Part shown: piece by piece, positions 26,011-32,000 of the stretch
Numbering within the stretch: the first letter of the stretch is position 1
Layout: each line of letters begins with the position of its first letter
Assembly (NCBI GenBank): GCA_004284765.1
Contig: NQJD01000006.1
Location: forward strand, 30,001-62,000
Source: Candidatus Electronema aureum
Lineage (GTDB): Bacteria > Desulfobacterota > Desulfobulbia > Desulfobulbales > Desulfobulbaceae
Direction: 5' to 3'
DNA length: 32,000 bases
Program-made: the position numbers and the translations under genes
The notes under the pieces: generated by a model
The model's database searches: none
Told to the model about the DNA's origin: nothing
Seen by the model: only the letters and a program-made list of their open reading frames with translations

Positions 26011-26386
26011 ACAATTCCGGCGGCAATTCTTTGCCACGCTACTGCTGGCGATCCTGCTGATCAGTTGCGTGGCTCAAGCGCAGCCTCTCTTGGAGCAGGC
26101 CAGTAGCAGCTACAAGCTCCGCAAAGACTACGCCAGCTTAGAGGTGATTCATCGCCACTTAGCTCTTGGAATGGCCCGCCCTGCTGTGGAAACCTTGCTC
26201 GGCGAAGCAGATTATTCCCCAATTGAAGGGCAATATTACTATCTCTCCGACCGACGGGAAAGACAGAAAGATGCAGGAGAAGAGCAGGGAGAAGCATCTG
26301 TGGGATTGGTGCTTGATTACCGGAATAAGCAAGGTGAACTGACAGACGCGCTACAGACCTTCTGGCTTGGGGTACTTGGTGAATAA
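25997..26386 (+). CDS. small lipoprotein, BamE/SmpA-OmlA-like
   Basis: The TTG start overlaps the deacetylase 3' end by 14 nt. The signal peptide carries a lipobox (LLLAILLISC). GMARPAVETLLGEADYSP...YYYL resembles the BamE/SmpA fold pattern. Confidence 0.6.
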   Translation: MPNREQFRRQFFATLLLAILLISCVAQAQPLLEQASSSYKLRKDYASLEVIHRHLALGMARPAVETLLGEADYSPIEGQYYYLSDRRERQKDAGEEQGEASVGLVLDYRNKQGELTDALQTFWLGVLGE

Positions 26387-26391
26387 ACAGC

Positions 26392-27234
26392 ATGAGATGT
26401 TTACGCACCACCACCCTTGGTTATTCCCCCTGTCCTAATGATACCTTTATTTTCTGCGGTCTTGTGCAAGGCAAGATACCCCTCAGCCATGTCTGCTTTG
26501 CCGAGCCGCAGCTTGAAGATGTAGAAACCCTCAACAGCTGGGCAATGCAGGGGAGCTTGGACGTAACCAAGCTCTCTGTTCATGCCCTTGGCTATCTGCT
26601 GGATTCATATACCCTGCTTGACTCTGGCGCAGCCTTAGGCCGAGGCTGTGGGCCGCTCTTGGTGACAGCGCAAGCAACAGCACCACAAGCTAAGGGCGAT
26701 CTCGCCGCATGGACTATCGCTATTCCAGGGCAATACACCACCGCTGCTTTACTCCTCCGGCTTTTCCTACCCAAGTCATGCCGTACTGTTGTAGTCATGC
26801 GCTTCGACCAGATCATGGACGCAGTGGTATCAGGCCAAGTAGATGCAGGCGTGATTATTCATGAAAGCCGCTTCACCTATCAAGAGCGCGGCCTCCTCTG
26901 CGTGCAGGACTTAGGCGTATGGTGGGAGCAGGAAACCGGCTTGCCTCTTCCGCTGGGCTGTATTGCCGCTCGAAAAGACCTCGCCACAGAGGTACTTCGA
27001 GAAACCGAACAGGCCATTACGGAAAGCATTCGTTGGGGTTACGCGCATCTGGATGAATGCCGCAGCTACATCCGTCAACACGCCCAAGAGATAGACGATA
27101 AGGTACTTACCAGTCACATCAATCTGTATGTGAATGATTTCTCTCTGCGGTTAGGCGAGGAAGGTCGAGCGGCAATACAGGAGCTGCTGCGTCGAGGCCG
27201 TGCAGCTGGGGTCTTTACTATACCTCTCGCATAA
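26392..27234 (+). CDS. mqnD: 1,4-dihydroxy-6-naphthoate synthase (futalosine pathway)
   Basis: The N-terminal LGYSPCPNDTFIFCGLVQGKI is typical of MqnD. The length and the VitK2-biosynthesis-type fold family fit. Starts 5 nt after the lipoprotein gene. Confidence 0.8.
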   Translation: MRCLRTTTLGYSPCPNDTFIFCGLVQGKIPLSHVCFAEPQLEDVETLNSWAMQGSLDVTKLSVHALGYLLDSYTLLDSGAALGRGCGPLLVTAQATAPQAKGDLAAWTIAIPGQYTTAALLLRLFLPKSCRTVVVMRFDQIMDAVVSGQVDAGVIIHESRFTYQERGLLCVQDLGVWWEQETGLPLPLGCIAARKDLATEVLRETEQAITESIRWGYAHLDECRSYIRQHAQEIDDKVLTSHINLYVNDFSLRLGEEGRAAIQELLRRGRAAGVFTIPLA

Positions 27235-27300
27235 AAAGAAGGTGCGGCTCGGTGCTTATGCTGCTGCGCAGGCAACGGAAAACGCCAATCACCCTTCACT

Positions 27301-27420
27301 CGACCTGATCTGGCCTATCCGGTTGAGGTGGTCGTGCCACTCAAGGAGCTGATTGATGTGGATGCCGAGCTGAAAAGCAGGCTGGTGAAGAATGAGGAGT
27401 CGCTGGGGAAGCTGCGGTAA
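27301..27420 (+). pseudogene. possible 3' remnant of an aminoacyl-tRNA-synthetase-type gene (ValS-like C-terminal segment), no start codon
   Basis: A frame open from the mqnD stop to TAA 27418-27420 reads ...PVEVVVPLKELIDVDAELKSRLVKNEESLGKLR. VPL..LID.DAEL..RL.K resembles the start of the ValRS C-terminal coiled coil, but the frame ends early and has no ATG. Weak by-eye call. Confidence 0.25.
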
Positions 27421-27431
27421 AGGAGAACGCT

Positions 27432-27467
27432 GGTTGAGCTGAGAAGCATAGCATCGTCAGCTCAACC
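27432..27467. terminator. 11-bp perfect-stem hairpin between convergent ends
   Basis: GGTTGAGCTGA (27432-27442) pairs with TCAGCTCAACC (27457-27467) across a 14-nt loop. It lies between the remnant stop (27420) and the stop of the minus-strand gene (27487). No strong U-tract. Confidence 0.35.
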
Positions 27468-27486
27468 GCCTTGTGAGGATTAGCTG

Positions 27487-28167
27487 TTATGCAGTTGTCT
27501 TCTTCGAGAGCTTCTCAGCCTCACGGGCAGCAAGGTGCTGTCTAGCTATTGCCAGTTCAGCTTCCAGATCAGTGGTGTCTGCCTCGGGCAGTAGCTTCAA
27601 GTTGAATATCTCCCCTTCCACTTCCATGACCCATAACCGGGCATAATAGAGCGTATCCTCGGTCAGATGGGCAATAACAATTATGCCAGTTAGTAAAGGA
27701 TGATTGTTAGTGACATTAGCTCCCCGTGTGCGGCCATGCTCCAGTTCAACTTTAAGGCCAAACTGGTATTCCCAAATATAGCCAAGCCCACCGTCTGCTT
27801 TTGGCAGAAAGTCATTAAGAACATCTGTCTTGAAGGGTTCTTGATTATCAGGCGTAAATGTGGTGCCCTTGACAATTTCATCCTTCAGCAGCTTTACGAT
27901 GATCTCAGTTTCGTTCTTCGGAACAACATTGGGAGTGTTAACTCCGTTATAGAAGTCAGGATCTGGCCGGCAAGCAATCTCGCTCTCGATCATACCTCCC
28001 CACAATCTATTAAATCCAGCTGCTAAACAGAAGTTATTGACCTCGCTTCTGCTCATAAAACTTGTGCAGACAGTCTCTCCGCTGTCAATCCTTTTCAGAA
28101 TATCAACAAGTTCGCTGATGGATACTTGAATGTCACATGCCACTGGTGTTCCTGCTGCGTCGCCCAT
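27487..28167 (-). CDS. hypothetical protein with C-terminal DUF5661-like segment
   Basis: Start moved to ATG 28167 (MGDAAGTPVAC...) because a perfect SD AAGGAGG (complement of 28174-28180) lies 6 nt upstream. The C-terminal GLKVELEHGRTRGANVTNNHPLLTGIIVIAHLTEDTLYYARL resembles the E.EH...IA.AHL.ED..YY..L motif recalled for DUF5661 (phage-associated). AT-rich. Confidence 0.55.
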   Translation of the reverse strand: MGDAAGTPVACDIQVSISELVDILKRIDSGETVCTSFMSRSEVNNFCLAAGFNRLWGGMIESEIACRPDPDFYNGVNTPNVVPKNETEIIVKLLKDEIVKGTTFTPDNQEPFKTDVLNDFLPKADGGLGYIWEYQFGLKVELEHGRTRGANVTNNHPLLTGIIVIAHLTEDTLYYARLWVMEVEGEIFNLKLLPEADTTDLEAELAIARQHLAAREAEKLSKKTTA

Positions 28168-28827
28168 TTTCACGCCTCCTTGTTTTAAGTGTATGATGTG
28201 TAAAAATGTCTTTGCAGCTCGATTAAAGCAGCACAAGACAAGATCAATATACTGTTTCATAATCCTGATAGGCACTTTTGCCTTTTCTCTATCAACTATC
28301 AACGACATCCTTCTTTCATGGTACATGCTCGCCAAGCAAAATGTCAAGTGAAAACTTCCTTTGTGTGCAATATATAGAGAAACAGGCAGGTTCAGCAGCC
28401 GTCATGCGCTGACTCCTCTGCGGTTCCATTGCTGTCACTCCTGATCATCCTTCATCTTTTTTCCCCTGCCGCATGACAACAACACCATGCAGACAGCCTG
28501 CCTCCTTCCCTCCCACCGATCATGCCTCGTACATCGCAGAGATGTGTACTCGTACATCTCGACAATGTGCACGAGATAATCTACCAGAGCTATGCGAGTA
28601 ACTTTTCAATCTATCCTACCAATATTCTTCTTGACAACGCCCCTCAGCCGCTTTACCGTGGACGCTGAAGTTATTTCCGCAGTCATGCAGAACAGTTAAT
28701 TTTACACTGGAGATGGCGTGACGGGCGATGAGGTGCATATCCACGATTACGCTGCCTTGCTGAATATGGTCAAGAATTGGTACGCCGGAAGAGTGGTGGA
28801 TGTACTGGAGGTGAAGACAGGGAACTG

Positions 28828-29862
28828 ATGCAGCCGTTTGAGCAATACCCTATCCTCGGCATTTGTGGCCGCAGCGGTGCAGGCAAGACCACGCTGATTG
28901 AGAACCTTATTCCACAGCTGCGCGGCCTTGGCCTACAGGTAGCAGTGGTCAAAGACGGGGCGCATCGGGTGCGAACAGATATGCCGGGCAAGGACAGCGA
29001 CCGTTTTTTCACCGCTGGAGCCGATGTCGCCCTCTTTGGTGAGCAGCATTTCTTCCGCCGTCATCATCCCGGTGACGTAACAGCCTTTCTCGTGAGTCTC
29101 TGTACTTCGCATGACGTGGTATTAGTTGAAGGCCATGCCTCCACAGCAGTACCGAAAATCTGGCTAACCGGATCAGACAGCCTTGACCCGCCACCGTTAG
29201 AGAATCAAGGCCACGTTCTGGCGGTGATGAACCGAGAACAGGCGACCGTGAAGCGGCTCTTTGCTGTGGTGCAAGAGCTGATTGCGGCAAAATGGCAGCA
29301 GACTCCAGTCTGGGGTTGCGTGCTGATCGGTGGCAGGAGCAGTCGTATGGGCAGTCCCAAACATCTGCTGCTACGCGAAGGGAAAACGTGGTTAGAGCGA
29401 GCAGTAGAGAACCTTGCGCCCAAGGTTGCACAGGTGGTGCTTTCCGGTGCTGGGCAGATTCCTGACGCGCTGGCGAATTTAGCCCGTGTACCGGATGCAC
29501 CGGGCTTGGCTGGGCCGTTAGCTGGTATTCTCGCGGTGATGCGTTGGCAACCTGCGGTCTCTTGGTTAGTCACGGCCTGTGATCTTCCTGATGCTGAACC
29601 AGAGAGCCTACAATGGCTGCTTGATCAACGCAACGTAGGAATGCGGGCCGTGCTGCCTGACTTACGTGGTCAGGGGCAGTTAGAGCCGCTTTTAGCTTGG
29701 TACGATTTTCGCTGCCGTCCGCTGCTGGAGAATATTGCTGCCTCTGGCTCGCTGCGCCTCAATCGATTAGCCGAGCAGGAAGGCATCTGCCGTGTGCAGC
29801 CACCTGCGCAGCTGCACGGTTCTTGGCGCAATGTCAATACGCCAGAGGAGCTGAGGCAGTAG
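28828..29862 (+). CDS. mobA: fused MobB (GTP-binding adapter) / MobA (molybdenum cofactor guanylyltransferase)
   Basis: The N-half has ILGICGRSGAGKTTLIENL...VAVVKDGAH (MobB P-loop). The C-half has LIGGRSSRMGSPKHLL, GPLAGILA and ACDLPD (MobA motifs). Start at ATG 28828; the track ORF begins at 28777. Confidence 0.85.
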   Translation: MQPFEQYPILGICGRSGAGKTTLIENLIPQLRGLGLQVAVVKDGAHRVRTDMPGKDSDRFFTAGADVALFGEQHFFRRHHPGDVTAFLVSLCTSHDVVLVEGHASTAVPKIWLTGSDSLDPPPLENQGHVLAVMNREQATVKRLFAVVQELIAAKWQQTPVWGCVLIGGRSSRMGSPKHLLLREGKTWLERAVENLAPKVAQVVLSGAGQIPDALANLARVPDAPGLAGPLAGILAVMRWQPAVSWLVTACDLPDAEPESLQWLLDQRNVGMRAVLPDLRGQGQLEPLLAWYDFRCRPLLENIAASGSLRLNRLAEQEGICRVQPPAQLHGSWRNVNTPEELRQ

Positions 29863-29906
29863 TCGAGATTTTCTTGAACGCAGGTTCCACGTGCCGATGC
29901 ATTTCC

Positions 29907-29935
29907 TTGACAAAGCACAGGCTGCTTCTTAGGAT
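29907..29935 (+). promoter_or_regulatory. sigma70-type promoter candidate upstream of mqnA
   Basis: TTGACA (29907-29912), a 17-bp spacer, then TAGGAT (29930-29935), about 95 bp upstream of ATG 30029. The RBS GGAAAGGAGAG lies before the start. Confidence 0.3.
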
Positions 29936-30028
29936 GAAGCTCAGAAGGTACACGCGATGATGTCCGCCAGCGTACCCAGCAGACGTTTGCTTTAGCCCAG
30001 CCTGTAGTTACGAAGAGGAAAGGAGAGA

Positions 30029-30865
30029 ATGGCCCGCATCGGCATGGTCAATTACATCAACATGGCACCGATTTATGAGGTATGGAAGGAGCAGGTGCGC
30101 CGTCCTGACTGGATCATGCTTGATGCCCCGCCTGCGCAGCTCAACCGCCTGCTGGCTGCTGGTTCGATTGATCTTGGCTTTGTCTCGGCCTACGAGTACG
30201 CTGCCCGTCCGTGGCTGTACCGACTCATGGCTGATCTGTCCATCTCCGCTACCGGGCCAGTGGGCAGCGTCTTCCTTTTCTCCTCCGTGCCACCAGAGCA
30301 GTTAGACGGCAAGTTAGTGCTGCTCACCGGCCAATCCGACACCTCGGTCTGCTTGCTGCGGCTGATCTTAGAGGAATTCATCAAGGTCAGGCCGCGCTAT
30401 GTGCGAGGGGAAATCTTTGCTCCGCACACGCCTGCTGAAAAGCCTGCGGCACTGCTGGCTATTGGCGACGAAGCCCTGCGCCTCAATGCCGCGCCTGATC
30501 CACGCTATCCAGTACAGATTGATCTGGGAGAATGCTGGCATCAGCAGACTGGCCTGCCTTTTGTTTTTGCGGTCTGCGCGGTGCGCGAGGACTTTCTTCA
30601 GGGTAACACAGAGGTAGCGCGGGAGATACAGCAAACGCTTATTAGCTGTCGAGAACAGGGCTTGGCCCGCTTATCGGAAATCTGCACCAAGGCCGCAGCC
30701 CGCATTCCCCTGATGACTGCGGCAGCTTGCCTGCGCTATTTCCAGTCGATAGAGTACGACCTTAGCCCGATCAAGCAAGAGACCTTGGCGCGGTTCTTTG
30801 CGCTGCTGATCCAGCGTGGTGAGGCCAGTCCTGCCGCCCTGCCGCTGAAGCTCTTTCCCTGCTGA
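30029..30865 (+). CDS. mqnA: chorismate dehydratase (futalosine pathway)
   Basis: MARIGMVNYINMAPIYEVW... is the typical MqnA N-terminus. It is a paralogous fold to MqnD and is followed by ubiE/menG and ubiX. Confidence 0.8.
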   Translation: MARIGMVNYINMAPIYEVWKEQVRRPDWIMLDAPPAQLNRLLAAGSIDLGFVSAYEYAARPWLYRLMADLSISATGPVGSVFLFSSVPPEQLDGKLVLLTGQSDTSVCLLRLILEEFIKVRPRYVRGEIFAPHTPAEKPAALLAIGDEALRLNAAPDPRYPVQIDLGECWHQQTGLPFVFAVCAVREDFLQGNTEVAREIQQTLISCREQGLARLSEICTKAAARIPLMTAAACLRYFQSIEYDLSPIKQETLARFFALLIQRGEASPAALPLKLFPC

Positions 30866-30866
30866 C

Positions 30867-31568
30867 ATGATCCCCTTGGAGAAGGAGCAGGTACGGGACA
30901 TCTTCACCTCGGTCAGCCTGAAGTACGACCTGCTCAACTCGCTGCTCTCGCTCCTCCTTGACCGCTGCTGGCGCTGGCGTACCGTGCGTCTACTGCGGGA
31001 CTTTCCTCACGGCCCAGTGCTTGATCTCTGCGCAGGTACTCTGCCGCTCTCTTTGGAATTGACTCGACAGGCGAAAGATCGGACCGTGCTGGCGGTTGAT
31101 TTCTGCGAGGGGATGCTGCGGGCGGGCATCAGCAATCTGACGGATACGCAGCGCAGGGGAAGGATATATCCGGTCTGTGGTGATGGTGAAGAGATACCTG
31201 CGCCAAGCAACACCTTCTGGGGCTGCACAGTTGGCTTCGGGGTGCGCAACTTAGCCAACACTCGGCAAGGGTTAGCCGAGATGCACCGGGTGCTGCGGCC
31301 CGGCGGGAGGTTGCTGATCTTGGAGCTATCGCGGCCCCGCAATCGCTTCGTTAAGCCGATCTACAACTGCTACCTGAACTACATGCTCCCCCGGATTGCC
31401 GATATCTGCGCAGGCCACCGCCAAGCCTACGAGTACCTTGCCAGTTCTATCGCCTCCTTTTATGAACCGGAAGAACTCCTTGCCATGCTGCGCGAGGCAG
31501 GCTTCAGTGGCGTTGAGCGCAGGCAGCTCTCATTGGGCATCGTGTCTATCTATATAGGAAACAAATGA
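30867..31568 (+). CDS. ubiE: demethylmenaquinone/ubiquinone C-methyltransferase
   Basis: Has VRDIFTSVSLKYDLLNSLLSL...RCWRWR, the SAM motif VLDLCAGT, and LRPGGRLLILE. Confidence 0.85.
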   Translation: MIPLEKEQVRDIFTSVSLKYDLLNSLLSLLLDRCWRWRTVRLLRDFPHGPVLDLCAGTLPLSLELTRQAKDRTVLAVDFCEGMLRAGISNLTDTQRRGRIYPVCGDGEEIPAPSNTFWGCTVGFGVRNLANTRQGLAEMHRVLRPGGRLLILELSRPRNRFVKPIYNCYLNYMLPRIADICAGHRQAYEYLASSIASFYEPEELLAMLREAGFSGVERRQLSLGIVSIYIGNK

Positions 31569-32000
31569 AGCCGCCCCGCCGCATCCTGCTTGCCATCACC
31601 GGTGCCACCGGCATGATCTACGTCACCGCCCTGCTGGACCTGCTGGCCGGGCAGGAGGTCGAGGTTCATGCTGTCATCTCCGACGCGGGCCGGAAGGTGC
31701 TGCGGCTGGAAGAGAATCTTGCCCCGGAAGAGCTGTCCGGCATCAGCCGCTGGTTTGCTGCGGATGACTTCACCGCGCCGCCTGCCTCTGGTTCAGCTTG
31801 TTACGAGGCGATGCTGATTCTGCCCTGCACAGTCGGCACCTTGGGGGCAATTGCCGCTGGTTGCTCTGCCAACCTGATTCACCGGGCAGCAGATGTGACC
31901 CTCAAGGAGCGGCGGCCTCTGCTGCTGGCGGTGCGCGAGACCCCACTCAATCGCACCCACCTCCGCAACATGCTCGACCTGCACGATGCGGGAGCGATCA
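31565..32000 (+). CDS. ubiX: UbiX-family flavin prenyltransferase (partial, runs off window end)
   Basis: Reads RILLAITGATGMIYVTALLDLL..., PCTVGTLGAIAAGCSANLIHRAADVTLKERRPLLLAVRETPL. ATGA overlap with the ubiE stop. Confidence 0.85.
   Translation, partial: MKPPRRILLAITGATGMIYVTALLDLLAGQEVEVHAVISDAGRKVLRLEENLAPEELSGISRWFAADDFTAPPASGSACYEAMLILPCTVGTLGAIAAGCSANLIHRAADVTLKERRPLLLAVRETPLNRTHLRNMLDLHDAGAI

Noticed and set aside
28168-28347. 60-codon N-terminal extension of the 27487-28347 track ORF
   Set aside because: A perfect Shine-Dalgarno AAGGAGG sits 6 nt before the internal ATG at 28167. The extension (MTFCLASMYHERRMSL...) looks non-coding.
28350-28776. Possible Moco riboswitch upstream of mobB-mobA
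   Set aside because: I could not recognise the conserved Moco-RNA core segments or a convincing multi-stem structure by eye. Only short direct repeats (TCGTACATC x2) are present. A covariance-model scan (Infernal/Rfam) would be needed.
1-32000. Looked for CRISPR arrays, tRNA/rRNA genes, and long tandem or direct repeats
   Set aside because: No regularly spaced repeats, no tRNA-like T-arm signatures in the intergenic regions, and no rRNA-like sequence were noticed by eye. This was not an exhaustive computational scan.

Overview
This is a 32-kb chromosomal window, moderately GC-rich by eye, with several visibly AT-richer patches. The gene content (futalosine menaquinone genes, a sigma54 NtrY/NtrX-like pair, a NifX-like/ferredoxin-ATPase cluster) fits an anaerobic Desulfobacterota-like bacterium, but taxonomy cannot be verified here. 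(i) 1-8995 holds a partial membrane protein, panB, and the 5' half of a dcw cell-wall cluster: rsmH, an ftsL-like gene, an FtsI-like PBP whose transpeptidase motifs look degenerate, a single-ORF murE-murF fusion, and mraY. (ii) At 8996-10460 the dcw cluster stops in a patch of mobile-element debris. It contains a 100-bp hairpin repeat, a DDE-transposase tail, an IS30-family element with a triply disrupted transposase, and a 72-bp remnant of a NifX-like gene. (iii) 10530-13654 is a conserved but uncharacterised metallocluster-type module: a NifX-like protein with a Gly/Arg tail, two MinD-type ATPases with inserted 4Fe-4S ferredoxin domains, a DUF134 regulator, and a second NifX-like protein. 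(iv) 13929-18126 encodes DUF4390 plus an NtrY-like kinase and an NtrX-like sigma54 activator. 18131-23422 carries minus-strand envelope genes (hypothetical, bamA, plsC, SDR epimerase-like). (v) 23874-26386 is the most unusual part. An AT-rich gene pair shares a 74-aa N-terminal peptidoglycan-binding-like module, fused in one case to a Fam20/PI3-4K-like kinase fold and in the other to a NodB deacetylase. An overlapping lipoprotein gene follows. (vi) 26392-32000 holds mqnD, an AT-rich insert with a DUF5661-like gene flanked by apparent gene remnants, a mobB-mobA fusion, mqnA, ubiE/menG and a partial ubiX. I saw no rRNA, tRNA or CRISPR array. All calls come from reading the supplied translations and sequence by eye; no searches were run.
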